A DNA stretch of 40,000 nt from Arsenophonus apicola. GTDB taxonomy: Bacteria > Pseudomonadota > Gammaproteobacteria > Enterobacterales > Enterobacteriaceae. Made by a program: the position numbers and the translations under genes. The stretch's first letter is position 1. Every line of letters starts with the position of its first letter. Where the stretch lies: contig NZ_CP084222.1 in NCBI RefSeq assembly GCF_020268605.1, forward strand, positions 2,464,856 through 2,504,855, given 5' to 3'. The notes below the pieces were generated by a model. It saw only the letters and a list, made by a program, of their open reading frames with translations. It ran no database searches and was not told the origin of the DNA. This document shows, piece by piece, positions 1-9,863 of this stretch.

Positions 1-389
1 CCTGCTACCGTATCTAACACAGCGACACTCCCTTTAATTTTTTCTTTATATCTTCTTATATGCCAATATTTTTTATCATTACTTATGTTTTGCAAAGAAC
101 CCTTAACATTTAGTGTTTTACTTTTTGTATGTACAATACATTTCCCATTCTCATCCCAAAAACTGACAGCCCATTGACCAATAGGCGGTTGTTGATGCTC
201 ATTCGTAAAAAGATAATATCTTGCCAACTTTTTTTGCTGGTCGTATTGAAAAAAACGCAAACTCAATATGCCATCTGGCAATCCTGGCAAATCTTTTACA
301 TCATTGACTATGGCTTTAAGACATAGCGGAGTACTTTGTGGGAGAATCCATGGGGTTCCATCTGGGGCGGTCAATAAAGCGCCAAACAT
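1..389 (-). CDS. Hypothetical protein; the N-terminal 129 codons are present and the ORF runs off the left edge
   Basis: ATG at 389..387 is preceded by AGGAGA and overlaps the stop of the upstream gene (TAATG). I translated the frame down to position 3 and found no stop (MFGALLTAPDGTPWILPQ...). It is absent from the ORF track because it is truncated. Confidence 0.45.
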   Translation of the reverse strand, partial: MFGALLTAPDGTPWILPQSTPLCLKAIVNDVKDLPGLPDGILSLRFFQYDQQKKLARYYLFTNEHQQPPIGQWAVSFWDENGKCIVHTKSKTLNVKGSLQNISNDKKYWHIRRYKEKIKGSVAVLDTVA

Positions 390-700
390 TAATTTCTCCT
401 ATAAAATACTAAGATCTGTTTTTCAGTCGAAGAAGGTATACCCCATGAAGAAGGATAACCTATCACTTCATTATTGTTGATTTTGATATCAAATGTATTT
501 TTTGTTTCCAGATTGGATATGATATCTCCTCCTCCGTCTATTATCGTATAATCCAGTTTATAGCCTGACGGCAAATCATACTGGTAGCTAAAATTGGTTT
601 GATTTTTCTTGACCGTTATTATTCCTGCCGTTAAAAACGGAATAACGCCGGAATTATTTATTCGGCCTGCTCCATCCCATGTTCGAAAACCCCACATCAA
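389..700 (-). CDS. Hypothetical small protein immediately downstream of the host-specificity gene
   Basis: 103-aa ORF. Its start overlaps the stop of the J-like gene (ATGA at 697..700), and its stop overlaps the next start. Function unknown. Confidence 0.5.
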   Translation of the reverse strand: MMWGFRTWDGAGRINNSGVIPFLTAGIITVKKNQTNFSYQYDLPSGYKLDYTIIDGGGDIISNLETKNTFDIKINNNEVIGYPSSWGIPSSTEKQILVFYRRN

Positions 701-3396
701 AAAACCCCCGTTATTTTACCAATTTGCACTCTTAAGCGTCCCTGATTATCAGCTATACTAATTGTGGTATTTGTTTGCTTCATCTTCCCTTGTTTATCAG
801 AGCCAATATTCTCCATTTGACCATTTTGCATATTCCAATAAAATCCAGATCGCCCTGGAATGTAATTTTTAGAACGAATCTCCATACCGACTACTACACT
901 TTCAATGGTTGCCTTACTTATTAACGCATCATTAATAAAAGTTTGCCCATTCTGAATACTAAACATAGGAACTTTTTTCCCATTAACCGGATTGTAAATA
1001 ATGAAAGTCTGCGCACTAAAGCCAATCTGTGTACTAACTTTACCGTTTTTAAGCTCAGCCCCAATCACCATGCCAGCGTCATAGTCAACGCCGTCATAGT
1101 GAATCTTGACTAACGATGTCCAAGTTGCAGAAGCTTCACCCTTTTTCATGTCATACTTAGCTTGTAGCGAATTCTGAGCGGCTGCCCATGACTTATCCGC
1201 TGTCGCTCTCACCTGATGGATAGACTCGGCTAAGGCTTTAGTCTCGGTTACCACATAATTGTCAACCCTGATGATTTCCGCCTTCATCTTGCCGTTTTGA
1301 CGCATGAAGTACTGCGTATTGCCGTTGAGTCCTTTTGCGTTTTCCAGTATGGCTTCCGTGCTGCTGTCTATCCCTTTCTTTAACTGCTTAATCGCTTCCG
1401 TGTCGTTAATTTTTTTGTCTATTTCATCAAGAATGTCACCCGGTAAACTATCGGGTTTGCCTGATGCTTCAACAAAAGGTGATTTTCCATAGCTATTTAT
1501 GGTGCGAATATAGAAAAAATACTCGTGACCAACCTTAAGGTTTTCCTGTGTCCAAAACTGCCCTTGTCCGACTTTAGTGGCATGATTATTGACTTCATGT
1601 TCTGATGCGTCTGGCAATTTTTTATCGCTAAACCAAAATTCAAAGGTACTGCCATAGGAGGCTGAATCGCCTAACCTAGGAGCAGCGGTTAATGAAAACA
1701 TGCCGACAGTGATATCAACACTTATGGGAGCTGGAGGAGCTTCAATAGAAAAATCACGAATGGTGGGTTGCGATATTGCCCCTACTGTGTTAACGGCTCT
1801 GACCTCAACGCGATAGGCTCCTCTTGGTAATCCAGCAATATCAACACGCTCGCCTGGCACCTGAATGGTTTGAATCACTTTACCTTGTTCAAGGATATTT
1901 ACTGTACTGTAACGTACATCCGCCGCGGCATTTTGCCAGCTTAAGTAACCTTGAACCACATCACCGATATTGACAGGCATAAAGGTAAGATTTATTGGGG
2001 GTGCAATGCCACCTGTTGGTAATTCAGTGAATGGAGGCCTTTCAAATGGCTTACCAATAATATCCTCGTAAATATACGCGCCGTCTTCTTCTAATAGGAT
2101 TTCCACGCCTTCCTGTGGATGAAATTTCCACTCAGCTACACGAAATTCAAGCGATTTAATGCCTAAATTCGGTAAATCGAGCAATACCACATCACCAGGA
2201 CGATAAGCGTAGCCATCCAAGTTTAATGTTAGTTGAACACGCCGTCCAGCCCGTTTCTTGCGTAAATAAAGATTGGCTAACCGCTGCGCCTGGTAAGGAC
2301 TGCTGACAAAGCGATAATCCATATTTTCTTTAATCTCAAGTCCATCTTCTTCTATCCATTTATCTACTACAATGGGGCTAAAGTCCGTTTTAGTGTATTT
2401 CTGCTCCGCATCAACAAAAGTACCATAAATAGCATTGGTAGCCTCACTTAACGGCAGTTCAGGCGTAATACTCACCGTGTCGATGATTTGATGTGGTTCA
2501 ATTTTGAGCACAGCAGGGCCATGATAAGCCCACATTAATATGCCGTGTTGTCCTGCAATGTATGTCGGCTCTGCACCAATACAACGGTGCATATGTTCAA
2601 GGATAGAGGCAGGGGATTCCGATAACTCATAAGCACCATTTATCGTATAACGCGGCTCAGACTTACCCTCTGGGGTCGTCACTGACTCATCACATAAATC
2701 CGCTGCAATCTTAAAAGCATTGAAATCGATATCACTATCGGGGACTTTTAGGTAACTACGATAATAGTCTAAAATCACCAGCGCGCCGTTATTGCTCCAA
2801 GTGGTTCTATTCGTTCTTGGGTCAAACAGTTCTTTCCCCCACACTTCGACTTTAACGTTAGGCACACCATAGGGAAATTTTTCAGCATCATAGTGCAGCG
2901 TTAATCTAAGCCAGGCTAAGCCTCTGCCTATCATGTCCTTTTTCCAGCTTGGAGCATTTTTAACGAGATAAGGGTCGGCGGTTGTTCTATCGTTATGTAA
3001 TTCGTAATCTGCTTTATCGCCAAAAGAGTCAATCGTATCGTCGTTGAGCCAAACCTGACCAATGCGATTGATTTTATGTCCGGCCAGTGTGATCGCCAAG
3101 AAAAGTTTTTCGTTTTTATCCTGTTCGCCTTTTTCTTCTTCTGCAAAAAAGAGTAACCCTGAGCAAACCGTTTTACCCACAATCACCGTTTCTGATGCCG
3201 TTGATGAGCGTAGAATCTGCTTACGCTCCGCCTGGTCACGATAGCCACCAGAAGGCATCTTATCCTGAAACAACAATGAGCCTGCGGTCTGCACGGCCAA
3301 ACCCGCTGCCATCAACGCCAATCCCAAACCGCCCGTTGCCAGTACGCCAGCGACCATCAACCCTGCGCCAATTATGCTTGTGACCGTTTTACCCAT
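697..3396 (-). CDS. Host specificity / central tail fibre protein (lambda J-like, with fibronectin-III-like repeats)
   Basis: 899 aa and the last large gene of the tail module. The Gly/Ala-rich hydrophobic N-terminus and the FN3-like segment (RVEVRAVNTVG..., FEFWFS...YFFYIRTINSYG) are typical of J-family proteins. Confidence 0.85.
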   Translation of the reverse strand: MGKTVTSIIGAGLMVAGVLATGGLGLALMAAGLAVQTAGSLLFQDKMPSGGYRDQAERKQILRSSTASETVIVGKTVCSGLLFFAEEEKGEQDKNEKLFLAITLAGHKINRIGQVWLNDDTIDSFGDKADYELHNDRTTADPYLVKNAPSWKKDMIGRGLAWLRLTLHYDAEKFPYGVPNVKVEVWGKELFDPRTNRTTWSNNGALVILDYYRSYLKVPDSDIDFNAFKIAADLCDESVTTPEGKSEPRYTINGAYELSESPASILEHMHRCIGAEPTYIAGQHGILMWAYHGPAVLKIEPHQIIDTVSITPELPLSEATNAIYGTFVDAEQKYTKTDFSPIVVDKWIEEDGLEIKENMDYRFVSSPYQAQRLANLYLRKKRAGRRVQLTLNLDGYAYRPGDVVLLDLPNLGIKSLEFRVAEWKFHPQEGVEILLEEDGAYIYEDIIGKPFERPPFTELPTGGIAPPINLTFMPVNIGDVVQGYLSWQNAAADVRYSTVNILEQGKVIQTIQVPGERVDIAGLPRGAYRVEVRAVNTVGAISQPTIRDFSIEAPPAPISVDITVGMFSLTAAPRLGDSASYGSTFEFWFSDKKLPDASEHEVNNHATKVGQGQFWTQENLKVGHEYFFYIRTINSYGKSPFVEASGKPDSLPGDILDEIDKKINDTEAIKQLKKGIDSSTEAILENAKGLNGNTQYFMRQNGKMKAEIIRVDNYVVTETKALAESIHQVRATADKSWAAAQNSLQAKYDMKKGEASATWTSLVKIHYDGVDYDAGMVIGAELKNGKVSTQIGFSAQTFIIYNPVNGKKVPMFSIQNGQTFINDALISKATIESVVVGMEIRSKNYIPGRSGFYWNMQNGQMENIGSDKQGKMKQTNTTISIADNQGRLRVQIGKITGVF

Positions 3397-3794
3397 TACT
3401 CAATTCTCCATGCCATTAAAGGAATTTTATCAACGGGTCTTGCGCCAATATCCGTCACCGCCCAAATCTTATTGGCCCACAAAACACCCAGTGTCAATCC
3501 TTCATCCCCATCAAACATCACAACATCGCCACGCCTCACCTGTTCAACGGGTATTGTGTTGAAAAAACGGCTTACCCCTTGCTGTAAATTGCCAAATTCA
3601 TTTTTTAGCACCCGTAATGCCTCTGCTTTTGAGCGATAACACCCACGAATTTCAGCGCACGGATCAAAATCACAAACGGCTATTACGCAATCCGCGGCAA
3701 ACAAACAACAGTCATGTTCGCCCCATGAAAAAGGGCGACTCATCGCCGCCCTTAGGGTATTTGGAAGTCTGGTTGCCCAGTCTGAATGTCGCAT
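3396..3794 (-). CDS. Tail-tip associated small protein, possible papain-fold/NlpC-P60-like (DUF6950-like)
   Basis: 132 aa, sitting just upstream of the J-like gene. Contains the motif PFSWGEHDCCLFAADCV. Assignment rests on position and motif only. Confidence 0.45.
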   Translation of the reverse strand: MRHSDWATRLPNTLRAAMSRPFSWGEHDCCLFAADCVIAVCDFDPCAEIRGCYRSKAEALRVLKNEFGNLQQGVSRFFNTIPVEQVRRGDVVMFDGDEGLTLGVLWANKIWAVTDIGARPVDKIPLMAWRIE

Positions 3795-4471
3795 TAGAAT
3801 TTATAGCCTAAACCAACCGTGAATGCGTCAGTTTTCCATTCACCACTGCCTGAACGTTCATAGCCAGCATCAAGGGTAATCCCCTCGTAAACATTCACTT
3901 GTAAACCAACACCATAGGCCAGTTCATTTTTACTGTCACTCTTTGATTGTTTTTCGTCTTTAATTAAAGTACCGTTTTTAAAAGCATTCCCACCAAATTC
4001 ATAAGACATTTTTTTGTTTGCCAATCCGACTAGCGCATAAGCGTTAACATATTCATTAAATCGATAAGTAGGTCCAACCATCAATGAGATATATTTCCCT
4101 TTCACGCGCCCATCAACTCTAGAACTGTCTTTCTCTTTATTTGTGGTTCCAAACGCTGAAGTACTGAAATCACTTTCAGAGTAAGATGCTGAACCAATAA
4201 CACCGAACCCATCATTTAACTCATACGTGTAGCGTATAAAGGCACCGCCTGGATTAGAATAATTATCAGAATCAATTCTAGCTGAAACACCTAAACTATT
4301 AGAAATTGCATCACCAGCAAGTTTGTTTGACTGATTTAATAAATCAACATCCTTTTTAAGTCCATCTGATCTAATCTGTATGTATCCCATCGAAAGCGTA
4401 CTCTCACCGGCTTTCGCCAATACCGCGCCAGAAAATAATGTCGGGATAACTAGTAACAATATTTTTTTCAT
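3794..4471 (-). CDS. Ail/Lom/OmpX-family outer-membrane beta-barrel protein (lysogenic-conversion moron)
   Basis: Start chosen at MKKILLLVIPTLFSGAVLA (signal peptide, RBS GGAAG upstream) rather than the longer track ORF. The sequence has alternating beta-strand character and the terminal GLGYKF motif. Its TAATG overlaps the next tail gene. Confidence 0.8.
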   Translation of the reverse strand: MKKILLLVIPTLFSGAVLAKAGESTLSMGYIQIRSDGLKKDVDLLNQSNKLAGDAISNSLGVSARIDSDNYSNPGGAFIRYTYELNDGFGVIGSASYSESDFSTSAFGTTNKEKDSSRVDGRVKGKYISLMVGPTYRFNEYVNAYALVGLANKKMSYEFGGNAFKNGTLIKDEKQSKSDSKNELAYGVGLQVNVYEGITLDAGYERSGSGEWKTDAFTVGLGYKF

Positions 4472-4505
4472 TATTCTTCCTTTTATTAGGTAAAAGCATT
4501 TCATG

Positions 4506-4533
4506 AGTATAGTGTGAATTAATCTTTGTTCAA
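4506..4533 (-). promoter_or_regulatory. Candidate sigma70 promoter for the Ail/Lom-like moron
   Basis: On the minus strand: TTGAAC (4533..4528), a 16-nt spacer, then TATACT (4511..4506), about 35 nt upstream of the ATG at 4471. Confidence 0.35.
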
Positions 4534-4536
4534 ATT

Positions 4537-5118
4537 TCACCTATACACAAAAGCGGGCGCATCTTTCTTACTGCCCCAGTAAATCGCTCGCTCAGCCATT
4601 TGCGCCACATACCGGAAAATCCGGTCATCACTTTTCCGTTTGCGCCATGACTCATCCGTAAATCTGTCCGGCAATCCCATGGACCAGCGCTCAAAGCGAT
4701 TCGATACCGTCACCGCCACCGCATTCTCTTCACCGGTTGTTACCCCAATCGTTGAGATTTGCCCTGCAAATATCACCTCGGCAATTTCGGGCTTCCCTTC
4801 CTGGTTGATAGCAACCAGCATTAACCGTACATTCCGGCCTCGACTGCGCTCATTCATCACATCACCAATCAGCAGAGAGTCAAATCCTGACAATGACAAG
4901 ATAAGTTGCTGTGGGCTGGTATTGTTCTGTTCCTTAACCTGTTCCACTTTACCAAATTGACCCACGCCTTGATAAAGCTCACCTGCAATAACCAAATCTC
5001 CCACACCGGTATGCGCGCGCGTCACGCCAGATTTTAAATCCAAACGGGCGGCGATAACAAGCTCATCGCTCTCATTTATCGCTTTTACCATTTTATTTGA
5101 AAAAGGATGATAGAACAT
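4537..5118 (-). CDS. Tail tip / baseplate-hub-like minor tail protein
   Basis: 193 aa, second gene after the tape measure, with overlapping start and stop codons on both sides. Assigned by position. Confidence 0.5.
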   Translation of the reverse strand: MFYHPFSNKMVKAINESDELVIAARLDLKSGVTRAHTGVGDLVIAGELYQGVGQFGKVEQVKEQNNTSPQQLILSLSGFDSLLIGDVMNERSRGRNVRLMLVAINQEGKPEIAEVIFAGQISTIGVTTGEENAVAVTVSNRFERWSMGLPDRFTDESWRKRKSDDRIFRYVAQMAERAIYWGSKKDAPAFVYR

Positions 5119-5714
5119 TAATAAAGGGCCTCCTCAAACGCCAAGGTGACAGTCGAAAATACACCAGGACGATACTGAAAATTCCCCTGGTCATTGGTTG
5201 TTAGCTTAAAAATCCCAAACGGGGAGCGGGTTTCTATTTTATCATTTATTTTAGGCGCGTATCGCAACATCGGTGAAATCGGTATGGCAGCATGACCATT
5301 AACATCACTTGTCACATTATCTGTCACCATTTTTAATTCATTGTTAATCGTCAGATAATCGCCTTTTCGCATCACAATTGAACTGACCTCCCAATCCTTG
5401 GTTTGCAGTATTCTACCTGTTTGATTCGCAACGCTCACTGCCGGCTTGCCCCTGCCCGTTAAACCTTTTCGTATCCAGTTGTAAATTTTTATTCGTCCGC
5501 TTTCGCCGTCAAGTTCAGCAGCCAATGCTTCAAGTTCACGCGAATGAGTCTCAGTCAGGTTATTAAAAGTTAAGCTACACCGCCAACGGCTTCCAGGGAA
5601 ACGCACTGTCTGTACACTTCCGGTAAACGTTGAGGTAAACGTTTTACTGTTACTCACTAGTTGCCAGTTCATAGTCGAAGGGACGATATTTTCCGGCCAT
5701 TCCTTTACCGCCAT
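5118..5714 (-). CDS. Distal tail protein (Dit-like) by position
   Basis: 198 aa, immediately downstream of the tape measure gene with a 1-nt intergenic gap. Confidence 0.5.
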   Translation of the reverse strand: MAVKEWPENIVPSTMNWQLVSNSKTFTSTFTGSVQTVRFPGSRWRCSLTFNNLTETHSRELEALAAELDGESGRIKIYNWIRKGLTGRGKPAVSVANQTGRILQTKDWEVSSIVMRKGDYLTINNELKMVTDNVTSDVNGHAAIPISPMLRYAPKINDKIETRSPFGIFKLTTNDQGNFQYRPGVFSTVTLAFEEALY

Positions 5715-5715
5715 C

Positions 5716-8613
5716 TTAACCTCCTAATAATCTTCTTGTTCGACCATTCGTGGCAAAATCCCGCTGAATGCGTGCAATGGCATCATCTGCACCTTTTTGT
5801 GCCCCCGCGTAGGTTGCCTGTTTCATCGCCTCAGTAAGTGCTTTATCGCCATTACCGGTCACATTGATAACCTGATGAATATGGATAGTGCTTACACCTT
5901 GGGTCTCTGATGAGCCACCGACGGCCCTGACACCCAGCGACCCATCACGACCACGGGTCAATGGCATAATGGCTTCAGGCCCCGCTTCACCCATTAACCC
6001 TATTCCTTTGGCAAATGGGAATAACGTCGGCGAATCCACAACGGTATTACTATAGGCACTTAAACCAGACGAACGATAAACACCGCCAAGTGCATTCGCT
6101 TTTATGCCAAGGAAATTACCCAACCCCGTTCCGCCTAAACTGGATTCCAGGGCTTTAAATATCATCATTTTAACAATCATGCGGGTAATATCATTAACGA
6201 CAGACTGAGCAAAATCAGAAAAGTTAAATTTACCCGTCGTCACAAAGTCAGCCAGCGTATTTGACATGCCATCGAAAGCGTTTTTAGTAATGTTTCGCAT
6301 ATTATCAAACACGTTTTCTGTTTCCGCACCAAAATCCTGCCAACCTTTGGCGACACCTTGGCTACCATCTTGCGCAACCTTCGCCTTACTTAATGCCGCA
6401 ACTCTCACTATCTCAATCTGTTTTTGTTCTTCTTGCGCTAAAAACTGCGTCTGTTCTGCATAAAGTTGTGAGGTCTTATCTGAAACTTCCTTATCAAGCT
6501 GATATCGCCGATTGCGAAAGTCATCCATGATGCGTTGTTCTTCAAGCATCAAATCATAATCCACTTTGGGCATAGTCATTTGCAGAATTTGATTCTGCGC
6601 TTCCTGCTGCATTTGAGCCGTACGTTTTGTGATTTCAAAATCCTGATCTGCAAATCGTTGCTTTAATGCTTTTAACTGTAATTCACGCTCTAGTCCGGTA
6701 TTGATTTGCAACTGCGTACGAATTTCATCCGCATGAACTAACACGCTCTTCTGCGAGGCATTCAGCGTTTGCCCTTTTAATCGATTGATTTCTTGCTCAA
6801 AGACTGCCAATTTCCGTTCTGAATCAAGGAGCTTTTCATTTTCCATTAACTGCGCTTGTAAAGTCGCCGTTTGTTGTTGCAGTTGCTCAATTCGCTGACG
6901 TCCGGTATCCAGGGTTACCTCTAAACTTTTTTGTGGGGAGGCGTACAGTTTATCGAGTCCTTTCAGCGCTTGGGTGTACTCATTTAATGTTAAACTGCCC
7001 TCTTTATAGCGTTGATTAATTTCCTGCTGAATTCTGGTTCTTTCTTTCAGCGGATCTTTACCCGCATTAATGGCCGCGTTAATTTGTGCAGCGGTTTCGA
7101 TGGTATGAATGGCGAGCTGCCTTTCCGTTTTTGTTTCTGCTTCACGCTCTTCGCGTTGTTTGGCGTAAATCGCTTCCTGCTTGTCCTTTTCTTTTTGCAA
7201 TACCTGATTATACAGTGTCAGACTTTGTGTTGATGCCGCCATCAACACCTTAAAACTGCCGGTTAGACTATCGAGTGATTTTTTATGCGCCTGGGTTAAA
7301 CGATCACTCTCTTTAATATTCTCCTGATACTGTTTTTCATAGGCGGTTCTTGCAAGCTCCTTCGCCTCTTCGGTTTGCCCGCGTCTTTCCAAGGCAGCAA
7401 TTTGCTCGTAAATCGATTGCGTTAATACCACCCCTTCTGCCGCGCAATTTCGCAAGGCTTTTAACGGTTGGTCACCGATTGCCGATAGCTTGCTGACCAA
7501 CATATCGACGCTACCGCCAGACTCCTCAAGTTGAGCGCCAAACTCCGCCACCTCTTCCAGTAGCTTGCCAGTAAACCCTGCACTGGCGGCAGAAGTCACC
7601 GCTTTATAGGCTTCGGCTGTCCCGCCTAGACGGTCGGCTAACAGACTCAACTCAACCGTTGTTGTCGATAAAAATAAACCGCCTTTTTGAAGGGCTGCAT
7701 AGAAAGACTTCTGCCTTTCTTCGGCTTCCTTAAACTGCGAATACAAATAAAACACTGTCCCTGCCGTTGCCATCAAGCCGACATTGACAGGGCCACCCAT
7801 AAGGGTAATCAGATTGCTGAAGCCACTTGCCACCCTACCCGTTATGCGCTGCAGAGCGGACAACTCCGTATTTGCAACGGCAAGTTGCTGCTTGGCTAAA
7901 GCTAATTGTCGCGTGCCCGCGGTTTCCGCTGCTTGCGCTGTCGTTAATTGCGCAGAAGCGGTGGCGGCTTTTTGACTTGCGCTGATTTCAGCCAGATTCG
8001 CTTCCGCTATTACTCTGGCATTAGTGGCATTTTGCGCCGCATATGCCTTTTCGATTTCAGCCGTATTCAGTCCATTTTGGGCGTTGGCCTCGCGCATCTT
8101 TTCAAGATATTCATCCGAAGCAAACGCCTGTTCACGTTGCGCGATAGCCTGTACTTTCATGGCTTGCGCGGTTTTTAATCCCTGCTGTGCTCTTCTGGCC
8201 TCTGCCTTCGCCACATCAATAGTAGACTGAGCATACTCTACCGCACTTTGTGCGGCTTCTTTCGCCATTTGCCGTTGAGTATCAAAAGGGGTGCCATGCG
8301 TAGCGCCAAACAATCTTTCAAAAGCCGGCACCAACGCATTTGAAATCGTACTGGCGGCAACATTGCTGCCAGAAACCAGCTCCGTTAACACATGGTGAAG
8401 TTGTCCAAAACCTTGTGCGGCTTGACCACTAGAACGCTTAGCTTGGGTCGCCATTTGGTTAATGGCGCGTGCGCTTGCATTGGAGCCAGTTTCAACCTGA
8501 CGGGTGAATTTGCGTGATTCATTCGCGGCGGTACTGTACGCATCCGTTAGCTGCGCTTTAAAGCTGGCGGCATTTAAATGCAATGCTACAGCCAGACTGG
8601 CGACATCAGCCAT
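5716..8613 (-). CDS. Tail tape measure protein
   Basis: 965 aa with a long Ala/Gln/Glu-rich coiled-coil. A hydrophobic Gly-rich segment (GGPVNVGLMATAGTVFYLY) is present. The gene follows the chaperone pair. Confidence 0.9.
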   Translation of the reverse strand: MADVASLAVALHLNAASFKAQLTDAYSTAANESRKFTRQVETGSNASARAINQMATQAKRSSGQAAQGFGQLHHVLTELVSGSNVAASTISNALVPAFERLFGATHGTPFDTQRQMAKEAAQSAVEYAQSTIDVAKAEARRAQQGLKTAQAMKVQAIAQREQAFASDEYLEKMREANAQNGLNTAEIEKAYAAQNATNARVIAEANLAEISASQKAATASAQLTTAQAAETAGTRQLALAKQQLAVANTELSALQRITGRVASGFSNLITLMGGPVNVGLMATAGTVFYLYSQFKEAEERQKSFYAALQKGGLFLSTTTVELSLLADRLGGTAEAYKAVTSAASAGFTGKLLEEVAEFGAQLEESGGSVDMLVSKLSAIGDQPLKALRNCAAEGVVLTQSIYEQIAALERRGQTEEAKELARTAYEKQYQENIKESDRLTQAHKKSLDSLTGSFKVLMAASTQSLTLYNQVLQKEKDKQEAIYAKQREEREAETKTERQLAIHTIETAAQINAAINAGKDPLKERTRIQQEINQRYKEGSLTLNEYTQALKGLDKLYASPQKSLEVTLDTGRQRIEQLQQQTATLQAQLMENEKLLDSERKLAVFEQEINRLKGQTLNASQKSVLVHADEIRTQLQINTGLERELQLKALKQRFADQDFEITKRTAQMQQEAQNQILQMTMPKVDYDLMLEEQRIMDDFRNRRYQLDKEVSDKTSQLYAEQTQFLAQEEQKQIEIVRVAALSKAKVAQDGSQGVAKGWQDFGAETENVFDNMRNITKNAFDGMSNTLADFVTTGKFNFSDFAQSVVNDITRMIVKMMIFKALESSLGGTGLGNFLGIKANALGGVYRSSGLSAYSNTVVDSPTLFPFAKGIGLMGEAGPEAIMPLTRGRDGSLGVRAVGGSSETQGVSTIHIHQVINVTGNGDKALTEAMKQATYAGAQKGADDAIARIQRDFATNGRTRRLLGG

Positions 8614-8842
8614 TTAATATCCTCATAACGTTATTACATTGTTGATTAACATCATTATGTGCAATGACTTTATTTTCCGTAATATCTGCGCCTTTGAGTT
8701 CACTTTCCAGCAGAAAAAACGCTTGCCAGTGCGTGAGTATTTCGTTCGGTAAAGCGGCGATTTTACGCGGGTCAGGTTGACCCCATCTATCAGCCAGTTG
8801 GAAAATAAAGCGTAAGCGAGCGGAGTCGGTTAGTTTTTTTTA
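8606..8842 (-). CDS. -1 frame extension producing a gpGT-like fusion chaperone (joined to 8830..9177 by a slip at A_AAA_AAC, 8839..8833)
   Basis: I translated the -1 frame after the slippery heptamer. It is open for about 75 codons (KLTDSARLRFIFQLADRWGQPDP...MRILNG*). It stops at 8606, overlapping the tape measure ATG at 8613. Confidence 0.6.
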
Positions 8843-9177
8843 GCGCCATCCAGACTGCCACAGCTAAATTGCTGAACAAACTTGAGCGCTTCAATCAATG
8901 ATTGCGTGGATTTGGTAGTAATTAATTCCTCTGCGGTGGGCAATTCTTCTGTGGGTAAGGGTTTCCCTGCTTTATCGCAAAGTGTTTTTAAAATCAGGTT
9001 TGCTCCCGCAATACTTGCCTGTGTGTTAGAGCCACTGTCTTGCGCCTGTTTTAATGCTTGCTCATAGGTATCTAGCTCTGCAATTGTTAAGCGGCGTAGA
9101 TAGACTTCAACATCAAAAATAGCATGTTTTTCAACATAGCTATCCGGTGCCAATAAGCGTGCTTTAAGTGATGTCAT
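8830..9177 (-). CDS. Tail assembly chaperone (gpG-like)
   Basis: 115-aa acidic protein between the major tail and tape measure genes. It ends ...GAKKN* on an A8 run. Confidence 0.75.
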   Translation of the reverse strand: MTSLKARLLAPDSYVEKHAIFDVEVYLRRLTIAELDTYEQALKQAQDSGSNTQASIAGANLILKTLCDKAGKPLPTEELPTAEELITTKSTQSLIEALKFVQQFSCGSLDGAKKN

Positions 9178-9228
9178 GTTATTTCCTACCCTTTATGTGT
9201 TCTTGTTCTTTGTGCTGTCAGTTGTTAA

Positions 9229-9279
9229 CTTTGTATTATCCGCCGTAAATTTCGTCGTATCGGCGGTTATGACTTTGGG
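9229..9279 (-). repeat. Copy A of a 51-bp element that covers the last codons and 3' flank of the major tail gene
   Basis: 46/51 identical to 13999..14049. Minus strand: CCCAAAGTCATAA CCGCCG-15nt-CGGCGG ATAATACAAAG. Confidence 0.7.
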
Positions 9280-9731
9280 GGTACCGTTCCCCAGGTGAGA
9301 TTATTCTGTTTGCCTTTCACCGTAATTTGAATGACTTCACTTGCAGGGGCATTGATGTCATTCATCTCCCAACCTGATAATGACAGAACCATTGTCGCTG
9401 TCCGCTTGTTTGGCAACTCAACATAAAGCTGAACCGTTTCTCTCTTTTGCGCCGCATTTAAAAATGCCGTAAAATTTTCATTTTCCGGATCATCAACAAA
9501 ACCTAGTGATTTTTCTGGGCCTTCTGGCAAGTCAGATATAAATTGTTTATTTTTATCGATTAGTACTGTACAGTCGATAAAACTGCCGCTTAATCCTGTC
9601 GCACCTAATGTTTTACAGTTTATTAGTGGCTTCATTTGCTCAACTGTCTCATCGGGTTTACCGAATTTTACTATTGTACCAGCGGGTAACTTTGCATATT
9701 CCGGTGAGGATTTTACATGTTCTTCAGCCAT
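9267..9731 (-). CDS. Major tail (tube) protein
   Basis: 154 aa, lying between the neck genes and the chaperone gene. Assigned by position. Confidence 0.7.
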   Translation of the reverse strand: MAEEHVKSSPEYAKLPAGTIVKFGKPDETVEQMKPLINCKTLGATGLSGSFIDCTVLIDKNKQFISDLPEGPEKSLGFVDDPENENFTAFLNAAQKRETVQLYVELPNKRTATMVLSLSGWEMNDINAPASEVIQITVKGKQNNLTWGTVPPKS

Positions 9732-9863
9732 TACTGACTCCTTAAATTAAAAAAATAGTGTTCGAAAGCCGCGTTGATTTACGCAGACATTTAATTAAGT
9801 GAAATTTTTAGGGATATTTAGTTGCGGATGGATAAGATGATTTTTGTTTTAATTAATGAATTG

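Noticed and set aside
6266-8230. Several 60-76-aa plus-strand ORFs inside the tape measure gene (6266..6463, 7012..7233, 7687..7899, 7784..7975, 7948..8178, 8024..8230)
   Set aside because: They are antisense to a long, clearly coding gene, their translations are low complexity, and none has an RBS. They look like shadow ORFs.
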